From the human T2T-CHM13v2.0 reference genome, Homo sapiens: a stretch of DNA of 64,000 nucleotides. The translations under genes were made by a program, and so were the position numbers. Below, one piece after another: positions 13,011-28,934 of the stretch (within the stretch, counting starts at the first letter, position 1; the number at the start of each line of letters is the position of its first letter). Location of the stretch: NCBI RefSeq assembly GCF_009914755.1, contig NC_060928.1; one strand, given 5' to 3'. Below the pieces are notes generated by a model. That model did not search any database, had not been told where the DNA came from, and saw only the letters and a list, made by a program, of their open reading frames with translations.

Positions 13011-14037
13011 GTTCCATGAGGGGAGGAGGCATATATGTGTTTGACACATATTAGCTGCTCAATAAATATTTATGGAATGAATGGATTTACCTTGATTTTG
13101 GATTTGTCTTGAGGTACGTATATACTGCTTCTGTTCTCTAGTTTACTCTTGGTTGTATATAGGTTTACTTACTATTCAAAATGTAACCCATATCAGATAT
13201 GGATTTTTTTTCTGGTTTCAAACAATAGAGACAAAATTAATCTAAAATGAGTACGATCGTGTTTTTCTAGTTAGAAAATGAACATCATTCTGCATAAAAA
13301 GATTTTTTCCCTGATTGTTTTCAAATAAATGATATACATTAAACAATAGAAAATGAAATAGCACATACTTAATTTCCTATGTCATCCAAAATATGTTCCT
13401 TTTGACCTTTGTAAGTTAAATTCAAAAAGTTAATTCAATTTTCTCACTAAAGGCTATTAAGGTTCTGAGGCAAGGATTTAGGTTGGATTCAGAAATACTT
13501 TAATGAGTTGGAAGTGGGTCAAAAAACATTTACTACTCATTTTAAAAAATGCTCCTGATTTATCATGACTTTCTCCCTAATATTTTCATAGTTTGTCTTC
13601 TCTCAAAATTAAATCCTATTAGCTAAACAACTGCTATCTTAATTTGAAAGTAGACAAATCTCTCTGAAAGGGCATAAAGAAATAATTTATAGATCATTTT
13701 TTAAAAAGTTATTTGAAAGGCATTTGACTTAAGTTTTTTCATCAAAACATCTTCAAAACTGCTACAAAGCTAAATGTGATTTTTAAATCTCCACTAATTT
13801 GTGTTCTTCCAATTTTCAATTTGATAGTCATATGCAATAGGGTGATATTTAGCTTTATATTCCCTTTGATGGAGAGGTTTAGGAAGGTAATTAGTAAACT
13901 ATGTGGAATTGAAGTTGATTAGTATAAACTAATTCAGAGAAAATTCTGTTTTGGAACAGTATAGATACACATACAGTACTAATTATAGATTAGTAGGGAA
14001 TGCAGATGGTGTTGTTTTATCAGTTGTTTTCAGCTAC

Positions 14038-14540
14038 TGTCTTAGGTTAGTTTCTCCAAAAGCAGGCTCAGAGAGGATTTGTGGCCATGTGATTTATTAA
14101 GGAGGAAAAGCTGGCAAGGGAGATGGGGCAGGCCTAGCAAAGGTGGAATTTCAGATGACATCTTTCTGGGCCTTAGCCTGATCCCAAAGGGGAGGGCTGG
14201 GATATTAGTCACATCTCTGTATGTCTTGGCCCTAGGCAAAGAAACTGAGATGCCCACAGTCCAGCAACAGCTAGTCTTTTGCTAAGGGCTATAGTGAGGG
14301 TAGGGGGAGGAGGAGAGGGCAAGGAGAATATATTCCCAGGAACTTCCTTTTACCATATTTGGGCAAAGCCCTGCTTCCAGTTGCCTGGGGGCAGGTTTCT
14401 GAGGGCAGAGTAGTGGGGGCGGTATTGGCCATTAGAAGCCAAAAGGATGAATGTGAGGGGCGAGGGGTGGAAGTGGGTTGGCACAGAAATGGTACAAGGG
14501 ATCCAAAGTGATCTGAGTGGATCACCAACAATATGCTACA
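14038..14540 (-). mobile_element. ERVL solo LTR (LTR16 group)
   Basis: tgtcttaggttagtttctccaaaagcaggctcagagaggatttg...gatttatt at one end and gatcaccaacaatatgctaca at the other; TG...CA termini. Confidence 0.65.
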
Positions 14541-15799
14541 GGTCCCTTGCAGCATTCTACTTCTTCTTTGAAAATACTGCAATTTCCAAATTTCTCTAAT
14601 GTCAGTTCCAGTTCTGACCCAAAAGTCCACACAAACAATGTTCTATCCAGCTACTTATAGTACATTTGTTGCTTAGTTGGAAAGTTAAAAATGTCTTATC
14701 TCTATAGACAAAACCAGGTAGAAATGCATTTAGTGACATACTAGATGGCTAGAAGGAAATGTTCTTTATTGCTCCATTTTTATTTAGAGAGGCTCCCTTC
14801 CTGTTGTAGCACAAACTATTCCATGTGACGTGTTTCTCTAGTAGAAATAGGTATGTGATTCACCAAAATAACTTCCATATCACATTTGACAAGTGACTAT
14901 TTTTCTCATTCAAAAGAAGTTTTCCAGATGCACACAAAGTTTTGTTTTTGTTATGGGTGGCCACTTTTCTTATCTTTGCCTTGCTAAGGTATGTGTTGGT
15001 ACAAAAATAAAGAAGCTATATAAATGCATATGATAATGTTTTAGCTCAGAAATACTCACAGAAATCTCTAGATCATTAGTTTCTCTTTATCAAGAAAATG
15101 AGAAGTCAGTTGGTACCAAAGCTCCTTTATCTATTTGAGTAACTGCTGGGAAGATTAAGAGAAGTAGTTTAAACATGTTGGCTTTGCTTTTGTGGCAAGG
15201 TTTATATTCTGAGCTCCAGTATCCTCTGAAAAAATTCAAATTTTGGTGGAAGAAAATATCATGCCAGAGATCTTAAGGTAATAGCTAGTATTTGTTACTA
15301 CCACTGAAGGCACTTGTAGCTTCAAACATTTCACTATTGCATTGCCAAGCCATGGTCAACTGACAACCTGAATTAGAGCATGACAGTCATTTCCATCCTA
15401 GAGAGGCATGGTCATCTTCTCCTGCCTTTAGTTGCACAAAAAAAAAAACCCCTAAAATCAGCACTGATTTACCTTTCAAAGCAGTTTGACAATTGCCTTG
15501 GGGTCTGGTGTTCTTCCCTTCCCCCATCTTCACTCCTTCCTACCTTGCTCACTGCAGGTGGAAGGGCAGAGAAGGAGATAAAATAGACTTACTTCTCCTG
15601 GAAACCTGACCTTGTCTTAGCTACCAAGAGATTTTTTTCTAGTTTGTTTTATGAGAGTAGTTTACTAACTTGAAGTGAGGTGACCATCACTTTCTCCCCT
15701 CTTTTGTCTTACTTTTCATTTCTTTCAACCCAAGCATCTCATTTCTCACCTTCTTAAGTGATTTTTATGGGAGATATTGAGATATTGTGGATACCACAA

Positions 15800-16050
15800 T
15801 ACCTACTTCTGCGGCCAAACTGCAGTTTGACATCAGGCAAGTCATTGTCTCTCTTGAGTCTGTTTCCGCTACTGTAAAGCAAGGAGGTTAGCCCTTGCCA
15901 TCTTGCTGACTCATAAGAATTTAAGGAGGATAAAGTGTGCACAGAATGTTCTAGACATCTAGGTCAAAGGTGCTGCATACCAACGGTTATCTACCTATCT
16001 CATGGGGATGTTAGGAACTGAGATAATATGTGAAATATTTCGAGTTCCAG
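15800..16050 (+). mobile_element. MIR fragments
   Basis: ggcaagtcattgtctctcttgagtctgtttcc...tgtaaa and ctacctatctcatggggatgttaggaactgagataatatgtgaaa are MIR core motifs. Confidence 0.55.
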
Positions 16051-17154
16051 AAACACAAACAGCAAATGCATTTGTGCTATAATGATTTATGTTCTAGGTA
16101 GCTAGAGCAGGATTTTACTTCTTAATATATTTATTCACTTCATTAATTTCTGTAGCAGACTGCATATGGGACATAATTCGGCAGTGGAAAAAAGAGAAAG
16201 TGTTTAAACAATTTTTTCTTCAGAAAATATACAATCATCCAGTAAATATTGCACCCTTGTCTACATACAACCAGTACGCTACTGTGATTTATATTTTCTT
16301 TCCCATGAGGAAAGAAGTGGGAGAGGTGGTAGTGAAGGAAGAGAGCAAAGAAAGAAGTCAGAGAGGTTCACATTCAGGTAATTCCAGATCTCCTAACACT
16401 CAGCAATGCTGAATGTGCCTCCAGGCATTAGGATATTGAAATGTCCCTTTTGGAGTGACTGATCCAATGGATTTGAAATTCTCTGTTTGCTACAAAATAA
16501 AAAGCCGTAAAAATTATACTTTCATGAAAATCTGTTTTAAGAAACATGGGCCATCCAGATCAACCCCCAACACAGCCCAGTCACATTCCAAAGCACCATG
16601 AAAAAATGACTGTTTATTGAATGTTTCAAGTTTATTGTAATTAGCATATTACATTTAGACAGGCTAACAACAACAAAGACTAATTTAATCAACAAAAACA
16701 TTTTGGGGAGAGGCTGGGCAACCCACACAATCCAAGAAAGAGCTGAACTAGCAGACTTTGAGAAAGACAGGAACATCTGCTTCACCCATCTGATGAGCAG
16801 GAGTTCGGGGCTTTCTCTTTTGGTTGGGTCCATCACCCATATCAGTTTCTGTGTTCTGCTCAAGAGTCAATTCCTTGGGAGAGAGCATAATTAAATTAGC
16901 TTGGATTAGGTACTTATCTTGGTGGTTGTGGTGGTGGCTATGCAGGGGTTCCTGGGACCAGCAGTCCCCCAGAAACATATGAAGCTAGGGAAGACGAAGT
17001 CCCAAAGGAAAGGAGGTTGGGCAGAGAAAACCCAAGACATCCACTGCCCCAAATCTATGCTGTTGTTAAGTTGATTTAAAATTTTCGGCATACGAGACTC
17101 CTTGACAACTTTTAAGCTATAGTTATATCCCCATTGCTTAAAGCTTATGTAAAG

Positions 17155-17305
17155 GAGGCAGTGGGGTAAAGTGGTCTGTATATTTGGCTTTTGTCTTGGT
17201 ATGGCCACTAATTGGCTAAATGACCTGGGCAGGGAGCTTAATCTCTCAGGGTCTGTTTCCAGAGTTGAAAAATGAGAGGATTTATAGGTCTATATTCTAT
17301 ATCAT
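17155..17305 (+). mobile_element. MIR fragment
   Basis: gccactaattggctaaatgacctgggcagggagcttaatctctcagggtctgtttcc. Confidence 0.6.
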
Positions 17306-18484
17306 TTTTGTTTATTGTTTTGGTAATTGATCTGAGTTACAGAATTGGTTTAACTATGCACCTCCCTGTGTAGTACTTCATAATATGCTTCCAAACAAGA
17401 TCCTTTTGTTGTTTAATTTCATTTTCTATTTTATTCCTAATCTCCATTCCCATCCTTTTAATCCCATAGATTACCAATATAATACTTGGATACATGTTTT
17501 TGTATATGTAAAATATATTGTATGATTTTATGTGTATGTGTACATATACATATATACATATACATACATACATATATAAATGTGTGTATATACATATATA
17601 CACACTCAACTGTTTGCAACTGGTATTATGCTACTGATTTCATTCTGTTTTATTAAAAATTGTTTTCATGAAACATTATGTTTTGTACATGTGGGATCCC
17701 ATAATACGCACCCGTTATCATTGTATTTATTGATTCCTCTTGTGACAAATACATAAAGCAGCAATAGTGAATAGTCTGGTTGTACATGTTTCTTATAGGA
17801 GTTTTAAGAGTTGCTCTGGAAATCATTTTTATAGTGAGATTCATATATAAAAATTCACAATTTCATTAAGTATAATAGGATTGCTTTCCAGAAAAACCTT
17901 ATGACTCTCACTCATATTAGTTTTGCATAAAAGCTCTTATTTCTCTATATTCTCTTCAAAACTTGGTATTATTCAACTTTCTCTCTCTATACATATACAC
18001 ATATATAGTTATATCTGGATATATCCCTATATATGTGTATATATGGATATACACATATATAGAAAAACATATATATATACACGTTTTCTATATATACATG
18101 TATATATTTTGCCCTATGATCACCGAGATATTCCTCTACGTTTTCTTCTGTTTTCTTTGTTTCAACTTTCATACTCAAGTCTTTAACCCATTTGAAATAC
18201 ACCTTTGTTTTTCACTTTATTTTTCCATGTAAACTAATTTCTTTAAGACTATCTACTAAATAAGCCATCTTTCATCTTCTTTCAGTTTTCTTTGGTGTCA
18301 ACCTTATAATGTAGCAAGTCACATATCACAAGAATATTGGACTATTTTGAACTCTCTGTTCTGTTTCATTGATCTGTCTTTTTATCAATACTGCATTGTT
18401 TTAAATTCCTGTAGCTTTGTGGCATGCCTTAATATCTGAGTTTAAGTCCTCAGCTGTTTTTCTTTTTTGTAAAATTGACCTAAT

Positions 18485-19720
18485 AGTGAACTGGCTATTC
18501 ATATGGAAAAAAAGAAAAATATGTTGAATAAAGACTTAGAAATAATAAAAATCTTTGCTAAAAATCTATGAGAAAACGTACACAGTAGTTGAATTTCTGA
18601 GATCTTCCTAGCAACACAGGAAATCCAAAATCTGTAATATGAGATAAAAATATTTGACTATATAAAAATTAAAAATTTTATATGGAAAGACATCACATAA
18701 AGATCAATAGGCACTAATGGAACAAGAAAAGTACATTTTCAACTCAGATAACAAAGCATTAATTTCTACATTATCCCATGATGAACAACCCAATTAAAAT
18801 GAATATAGATGTGAATCCAGAAAACAGCCAATAAATGTGAAAAGATGCACAAATTCAAAAAAAGACAGAAAAATTAACATTATAATAACAATGAGCTCAT
18901 TGCACAAGTACGCAGAGGAAAGGGTAGTATGATACATATTACTGGTGAGAATGTCGAGATTTATAGTATTTTGGGAAGGAAATCTGGCAATATCTATAGA
19001 AATTAAAAATACATATTCTCTTCTACTCAACACTTCTATTCCTGGAAATCTCTCTTATAGAAATAAAAGTAGAGATCTTGTCCATAAAATTAAAGAAAAA
19101 ATGTGTATGAATTTATAACATACAAGGATTTTTATTGCACCATTGTTTATAGTCACCAAAAACTGAAAGTAAAGAATATGCCTAATGAAGTGAATATAAC
19201 AGACTTATGGTTCAAATGCTATGTAGTATTTTATAGCCATGAGAATGATTCAGAACAGTACACATATATGTATGTGTAGGACATACAATTATAGAGAAAT
19301 AGAATGTTAACATGGCTACATGGAATTGGGGAAGACAGTGGAGAAAAGGTGTCCATAATAAAGAGAGAATGTATGGTATGATCATACCTATGTAAAATTA
19401 TGTATGGGCCTGTAGGCCCAAGTCCTAGGATTGCTCTGAGCCCAATCAGGCCCAAGGCTGCAGTGTGCTATGCAGCCTGGACAACATAGTGAGGTCCCTT
19501 TTCTTAAGAAAAAAAAAAAAAGAATAGATTATCACTATGTGTCAAAGGTGGGTATTATAGAGAAGTGTGAAATTCTGACTTCTTTATGTCTTTGTATATT
19601 GTTCTAATTTCTTACAAAGACCATGTTTTTCTTTTACATAATCAGGAGAAAGTAATGAAGAGATTTTTATTGTAGAAATAAATACAAAAAATCAATTGTA
19701 AAAGGAAAAAACAAAACCTG
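18485..19720 (+). mobile_element. Sense L1ME-type ORF2 end/3' UTR nested in an antisense L1
   Basis: aactggctattcatatggaaaaaa...ttttgggaaggaaatctggcaatatctatagaaattaaaaatacatat...tttattgcaccattgtttatag. Confidence 0.6.
19405..19521 (+). mobile_element. Monomeric Alu-family relic (FAM/FLAM-like)
   Basis: aggattgctctgagccc...ggctgcagtgtgctatgcagcctggacaacatagtgagg...poly-A. Confidence 0.65.
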
Positions 19721-20179
19721 ACAACTATTTATAAATCTTTATTCTTCCATCAAAATACTAGAAAAGGTTTGCCAAATTTACAAAAAAAAAATCTTACTGG
19801 AATCTTGATTAGCATTGTGTTAAATGCAAAAAACATTTTGTGCAGTTTTGGTATCTTTACAATATTACATCGTACTATATATTTATTTAGTCCTTCTCAC
19901 TTTACGTCCTTAAAAGAGCTTAAGCTTTTCCTCCTTAAAGGTCTTTTTTCATCCTTTATTAGGTACTTTATTGTTTTTGTTGTGTTTATACTAGATACTT
20001 TATTGTTTTTATTGCTATTACAAATGGTTATCTTATTTTCTAGTTTGTTTTGGAGTATAGAAGAACCTTTTTCATTTTTATAAGTTAATCTTTATTTTGT
20101 AATTGTGATGAATTATTTATTAGCTCATGTGGTATTTTTATTATCTTAAGTGTTTACTTTTAAATTTTTAAAATAAAAT

Positions 20180-21540
<1,361 letters not shown>

Positions 21541-24015
21541 TATACTTTACTCAGATTTCCTCAATGTTCTCCTCATATCCTTTTTTCAATCAAGGAATTC
21601 ATCCAAGTTTAGTTACCATGTCTCCTTAGGTTCCTCTTAGTTGTGACAGTTTCTTAGACCTTACTTGTTTTCAAATACCTTGATTTTTTTGACGACTACT
21701 AGTCATGCATTTTGTAGAATGTCTCTTAGTTAGGATTTACCTGAGGTTTTCTTATGATTAGACTGAGTAATGTGTTTCTGAGAAGACCACGAAGGTAAGA
21801 GGCCATTCTTATTACATCAGATCAAGGGTACCTACCATCAATATGACTTATCAATGTTGTTCGTCTTGATCATTTGGCATATAGTAGTGTTTGTCAAGTT
21901 TCTCCACTGCAAAATTTCTCTTTCTTTTTCTCCCTTTCTATCCTGTACTCTTTAGAAGAAAGTCATTAAATGCAGCCCACACTGAAGGAGTGGAGAGTTA
22001 TGTTGTATTTACTTAAGGCAGGAATAAGAACATACATTATTTGAAATTCTTCTGCATGGAAATTCTGTTTATTATCTCCTATTTGTTTATTAAATTATTT
22101 ACTCATATCATAATGGACTGAGGGATATTTATACTTTGGGTTATAATCCAATATGCCTTTATTTATTTTGTTGCTAAAATTGTTTTAACTTTGGCCATTG
22201 GGAACCTTTTTAGTTGGCTCCTGTATCCCTTTGACATATTCCATCACTGTAGGGTTTTTTTTTTTTTTTGTACTTTCTTACTTTCTAGAGCTATAAGATG
22301 CTCCAGGCTTATCTTGTATATTTCCTGCCTCATTCCTTAACCATTTCTCCAAGGATCTCTGGTTCCTTTGATGGGAGAATGGTATTAGGAACCAAGATTG
22401 GGTGCTAGGTGTTCTCAGTGATGGCTATCATTGCTTCTAGGCCATCTCAGCTGACAGAGCAAGGAAACTGTGTACTACTAACCCATGCATATACATATAT
22501 CTAAAATATTTCTATGTAACTAACCATCTGTATCTATATGCTAAACATGAGTTCAGAGCGATGTCTCCCACTCTAACACAGTCCTTCCTGAATCATCCTA
22601 GAATCTTCCCCTTGCTTATCTGTAACCTCTAACAGTGAGAAACCTGGCTCCCACCATTGGCCATCTTTTGCCTTGCCTTGTAAACTTCAAAATCAGTCTG
22701 TCTATCAGGTAAGAAAGGGCTTACCGAGATTTTATAGGATTGCATTATATCCATATAATTTATATATATATAATTTATAATTTGGATTGCATTAAATCTA
22801 ATTTTATTTGCATAAATTATATTATGTAATTCATTTAAATCTTTGACTTTTTAAATTAGTTTTTTACAATTTTTCATATATAGATTGTTTACATATTTTG
22901 TTAGATTCATACCTAAGTATTTCCATTTGTTAGGTACTGCTGTAAATAGAATATATTTAAATTTCAGGTTCCAATTGTTCATTGCTAGATTATAGGAAAG
23001 CAATTGACTTTTGTATTAACAATTTTCTATTAACCTTGCATCCTGTGACTTTGTTTTATTCTCTTAGGAGGTTGTTTTTGTCTGTTTTTGAGATTTTCTG
23101 TATAAACAATCATGTCATCTGTGAATAGAAAGTTTTATTCTTCTTTTCCAACTGATACTCTTTTTGTTTTCTTTCTTGCCTTGTTGCACTAGTTAGAAAC
23201 TTCCAGTAAAATGTTGAATAGAAGTGAGAGAAGACACCTTTGTCTTGTTTCTGATCTTAGGGGAAACACATGCATTTTCTCACCATTAGGTGGAATGTTA
23301 GCTGTAGGTTTTTATATATGTTCTTTATCAAATTGAGGAAATTTTCCTCTATTTTTGCTTTGCTAAGAACTGTTAATGATAAATAGGTGTGGAATTTTGT
23401 CAAATTATTTTCTCCAACAATTGATACGATCACATTAATTTTCGTCTTTAATCTGTTGATGTAGTGATTTATGCTGATTGATTTTTAAGTGTTTAACCAG
23501 CCTTGCATACTTGGAATAAATCCCACATGGTTGCAGTGTATAATGTTTGATATACATTGTTGAATTCAATTTGTTATGTCTGTGTTTATGAGATATATTG
23601 GTCTGTTGTTTTCCTTTCTTATAAATGACTGTGTCTAATTTTAGTAGTAAGGTAATGCTGACCTCATAGAATGAGCTAAGAAGTAGTCTTCCTGCTTCTA
23701 TTTTCTGGAGGAAATTATGAAGAATTGATATCATTTCCTCCTTAAAAGTTTGGTAAAATTCATCAGTGAAACCATCTGGGCCAGGTATTTTCTTTTTTAG
23801 AAAGTGATCAGTTGTTAATTATTGATTGAATGTATTTAATATATAGAGAGCTATTTAGGCTATCTATTTCCCCTTTTGTGTGTTTTGGTCATTTGTGTCT
23901 TTCCAGAAATTGGTCTATTTCATTTAAGTCATCATATTTCTGAGTATAGAACTGTTAATAGCATTCCTATATTCTTTTAATGCCCAAGGGGTCAGTAGTG
24001 ATGACCTCTCTTTCA

Positions 24016-24324
<309 letters not shown>

Positions 24325-24475
24325 TGATATTGGTAATTTGTGTATTCGCTTCAATTTTTTTCTTGGTTAGCTTGGCTAGGGTTTATTCATTTCATTGATC
24401 CTTTCAAAGAACCAGCTTTTGGTTTCATTAATTTTCTCCATTGTTTTCTTGTTTTCAGTTTCATAGACTTCTTCC

Positions 24476-24771
24476 TTTTTTGAGATGGGGTTGATCTCTG
24501 TCACTCAGTCTGGAGTACAGTGGTGTGATCTTAGCTCACTGCAACCTCCACCTCCTGGGTTCAAGTGCCTCCTGGGTTCTCCTGCCTCAGTCTCCTGAGT
24601 AGCTGGGATTACAGGTGTGCACCACCATGCCCAGCTAATTTGTATATTTTTAGTAGAGATGGGGTTTTGCCATGTTGGTCAGGCTGGTCTTGAACTCCTG
24701 ACCTTAAGTGATCTGCCTGCCTCTGCCTCTCAAAGTGCTGGGATTATAGACTTGTGCAACTGTGCCAGGCC
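24476..24771 (-). mobile_element. AluS with internal 12-bp duplication
   Basis: Antisense Alu containing cctcctgggttc twice; flanks tttcagtttcatagacttc / tttcaattttgtagacttc are a decayed TSD. Confidence 0.92.
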
Positions 24772-26209
24772 TTTCAATTTTGTAGACTTCATTTTTTTTC
24801 TGTATTGTATCAGATGCAGATAACAATTTTATTGGCTTTGGATTCAATTTTAATAATTTCTTTCCTTCTGCTTGCTTTTAGGCTTAAATATTCTTCAATT
24901 TCTGGTGGTAGAAACTTAGGTTACTGATTTTAAATCTTTCTTCATTTTAAAAATGTACGCATTTAATGCTATACACTTCTCTTTGAGCACCTTTTTTTTT
25001 TTTTTTTTTTTTTTTGCTGTATCCCACAAACTTTGGTAAGTTGTATTTTCATGTTCATTTAGTTAAAAATATTTTAAAATTTCTCTTGAGATGTCTTTTA
25101 ACTATGTGCTATTTTAAAGTGTGTTGTTTAATTTCCAGATATTTGGGGTTTCTCCAGTTATCTTTTATCAATTGATTTTTAGTTCATTTCCATTGTGGTC
25201 TGAGAACACACTTTGTATCATTCTTATTCTTTTAAGATTGGTTAGATGTGCTTTATGGCCCAGAATGTGGTTTATCTTGGTGTGTGCTCCATGTGAGCAT
25301 GAGAAGAATGTGTATTCTGCTGTTGAGGGATGGAGTGATCTGTAAATGTCAGTAAGATCAAGTTGACTGATAGTGCCATTTTGGGTCAACTATATCTTTT
25401 TTTTTTTTCTGCTTACCTGAACTATCAATTAATGATGGGAGGGATGTTGAATTCTTCAAATATAATTGTACATTCGTCTACTCTTTTCAGTTCTATCAGT
25501 TTTTGTCTCATGTGTTTTGACATTTTGTTTTTAGGTATATGCACATTTAGCATTGTTATGTCTTTTTGGATAATTAATCTCTTTTCTATTATGTAGTGCT
25601 GCTTTTTATCTCTAATCTTCCTTATTTTGAAGTCTGCATTGTCTGAAATTAATATAGATACTCCAGTTTCTTTTGACTCATTTTATTTTCCCACCCTTTT
25701 CTTTTCATCTGCTGGTGTCTTTATATTTAAAGTGGGCTTATTGTAGACAATGTATAGTTGCCCTCTGCTTCCCCTTGGATGAGTCAATATAGTTTTTTTA
25801 ATCCGTGATGACAGTCTTTGTCTTTTAATTGCTGTATTTAGACCATTGACATTTAAAGCAATTTATGGTATATTTGGATTTATATAAAACATGTTTCTGT
25901 TTTACAGTTGTTGACAGAGACTTCTTTTTTCCTCTGGTTTTAATTGAACATTTTATATGATTCCATTTAATTTCTCTCATAGTATAAAAAGTATAGTTCT
26001 TAATTTTTTTTTTTTACTGGTTACCTTAAGTTTTATAATATACATTTTTAAGTAATCTAAATCTACCTGTAAATAACACTGTTTTACTTCAAATACAATG
26101 CAGAAATTTAATAACAGAGTATTTCTAGTCCTGCTTGCTTTCCTTCCGTGACATTGCTATCATTCGCTTCATTTGTATATATGCTGCAACACGTTGTTAC
26201 CATTATTAA

Positions 26210-26594
<385 letters not shown>

Positions 26595-26834
26595 TTATAT
26601 GGGAATATGTTTATATTTATTTATATTTGAATTTCCTTCTGCTTGAAAACATTTTAACATTTATAGGTGTTTTTGATATTTATTCTACTTTGTGTTCTCC
26701 GAGGATCCCATTATTACTTCAAATGTTTTTGCTGCTCTGCTTTCTCTTTGTTCTCTTTCTGTAACCCAAGTCTGTGGTATTTTCTTCTGATTTGTTCTTG
26801 AGGCCTCTTTCTGGAAAATGGCTATAAACTTTAG

Positions 26835-27664
26835 CGCTGTCCTGATGGTACTATAGGGGATTTGGTTGTGGATGTCCACAATGTGCCTTTCATGCTATGC
26901 GTCGGTATCCTGGCTTATTGCCTAATGCCTGAATGTCTGACCTATGACCAGGTGTCCCTCTCACACTCTCACAGGAAACTTGTTTTTAATGACAATCTCC
27001 TTGTGGCTCTTGTCTGACCTGTGTCCAGTTTATTCCTACTAAGACAGCCACTCTCTAGAAGAGACCTGATCGGGAAAGAAGTTAGGCTCTGGTGCGTTGG
27101 TCAAGTAAGACACAGAAGAAGCAACTCACTAAGACACATGCAATAACAGAAGCAGCTTATTACCTACATATCCCAGAGAAAAGAGGGTGCCACATCTCTC
27201 AAGTCTGATGGGAGAAATACGGAGCCAAGCATGACAAGCATGCTTGGTGGGAGCAAGAGAGAAGAACCTGTGCATTGAAGCCTTTACTGAGGTCCAAGGC
27301 ATTATCCAACCTCATTTCCTGAGGGAAGTTCTAATTGATGGGTTTAAAAGAAGAAGACGTAAGTTCTAGGAGGTCACACTGTGACTGAGAGGTGGCCATT
27401 GTGTTATATCTGCATAGTCCACATGGGATGTAGGGGTCAGTGGTGTGAGTCAACTAAGTACTATCCAGGTGTCCCATGGGCATGTGGTCACCAGGAGGTG
27501 GTTGTATAGGCCAGATGTCTGGAACGACCACACTGAGGAACTGATAGGAGGTAGAGAACTGGAAGCTGTGTTCACAGTGACTAAGCCCTGCTTTGGTATG
27601 AGAAAATTCAATTTATATTCAAAATGGATGCCAAGGCAATATAAAATTATGGGAATTCACTACA
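26835..27664 (-). mobile_element. ERVL-type solo LTR (MER54/MER74/LTR53 group) inserted in the L1
   Basis: Reverse complement starts tgtagtgaattcccataattttatattgccttggcatccattttgaatataa...ctcataccaaagcagggcttagtcac; a GC-richer block interrupting T-rich L1. Confidence 0.6.
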
Positions 27665-28459
27665 AATTCCTTTAGAAATTGCTCCAATATTCTTGGGTGT
27701 TCCATCTTTTTCATTCATCTTTCTCTTTGCGATTTAGTTTGTAAAGTTTCTATTGACATACATTTAAGCTCACTGATTGTTTCCTTAGCTGTGCCCAGTC
27801 TACTGATGGGTCCATCAAAGGCATTCTTCATTTCTCTTCCAGTGTTTTTGATTTACAGCATTTATTTTTAATTTTTTTCTGAGAGCTTCCATCTGTCTGC
27901 TTATACTACCCATCTGTTCTTTTATGCTGCCTACTTTTTCCATTAGAGCCCTCAACATATTAATCATAGATATTTTAAATTCCTTTTCTGCTAATTCTAA
28001 AATACATGTCATATCTCAGTCTGATTCTAATGAGTGCTTTGTCTCTTCAGGCTGTGTTTTTTCTTGCCTTTTAGTGTGCCTTGCAATTTTTTGTTGAAAG
28101 TTGGGCATGTTGTAATTGGTTATAGAAATTTAAGTAACTAGGCCTCTAGTTTAAGGATTTATGTTCATCTGGGTAGGAGTTAGTCTTTGTTTAATGTTTA
28201 CTGTAGCTATAGATGCCAGAGACTTCCGCTTCCTCTCATGTCCTAATTTTTATCTCCCTTTTGACTTCTAGCTTCTCTAAGTATTCCTCATCAGAAAGAG
28301 TTTATTTCTTGCATTTCTTTTATCTGTAATCCATTATCATGCTCCCGGAACCCTGTAGGTCTGGAGGTAAGGCGTGAGAACATTCTATAATATTCCAGTT
28401 CAATTGTAATCTTTTAGTAGTCTGGGTCTTTGGCTGGTGACCTTCACAAACATTTATTC

Positions 28460-28605
28460 TTTTTTTTTTTTTGAGACAAAGTCTCACCATGTTGCCCAGC
28501 CTGGAGTGCAATGGTGCGACCTTAGCTCACTGCAACCTCCGCCTCCTGGTTCAAATGATTCTCCTGCCTCAGCCTCATGAGTAGCTGGGATTTCAGGCGC
28601 ACACT
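28460..28605 (-). mobile_element. 5'-truncated Alu (right arm only)
   Basis: Poly-T, gagacaaagtctcacc...gtagctgggatttcaggcgcacac, then non-Alu sequence. Confidence 0.88.
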
Positions 28606-28790
28606 ATAGTCACCCACTTAGGTGAGTTAAGAAGGTTAAAGGGGGCTGAAGTGAGAGGAATCTCCTCCCTCACATCCGTTGGACAAGGTCCTGATAAAGT
28701 ATTTCTTCATAAGAGTAGGACTTTTATTAATGGAGAGGGCTCTGGGTATATTGCTTAAAGATTAGTGTTTCTCTTCTGCTGTTAGACCCG

Positions 28791-28934
28791 CCAAATATTT
28801 GGGGATTTTCCAGTTATCTTTCATCAGTTGATTTCTAGTTCATTTCCACTGTGGTCTGAGAACACACTTTGTATAACTCTTATTATTTTAAGTTTGGTTA
28901 GATGTACATTATGGCCCAGAATGTGGTTTATCTT
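28791..28934 (+). repeat. Direct duplicate of 25135-25278 (L1 ORF2 endonuclease-region piece)
   Basis: 131/144 identical with no gaps, by hand alignment. Confidence 0.95.

Larger units (their letters stand above)
17320..20150 (-). mobile_element. Very old antisense L1M fragments, split by a sense L1ME piece and (TA)n/(CA)n low-complexity tracts
   Basis: T-rich antisense L1 ORF2/3' motifs (gaactctgttctgtttcattgatctgtc; aatcttgattagcattgtgttaaat); TA/CA tracts at ~17530-17605 and ~17990-18105. Confidence 0.55.

Noticed and set aside
17337-18232. Tyr/Ile/His-rich ORFs (also at 49135-49392 and 58363-58685)
   Set aside because: Translations of (TA)n/(CA)n low-complexity DNA.
19405-19521. 7SL RNA gene
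   Set aside because: Only Alu-domain-like pieces with deletions and a poly-A tail; a FAM/FLAM-type retro-relic lacking the S domain.
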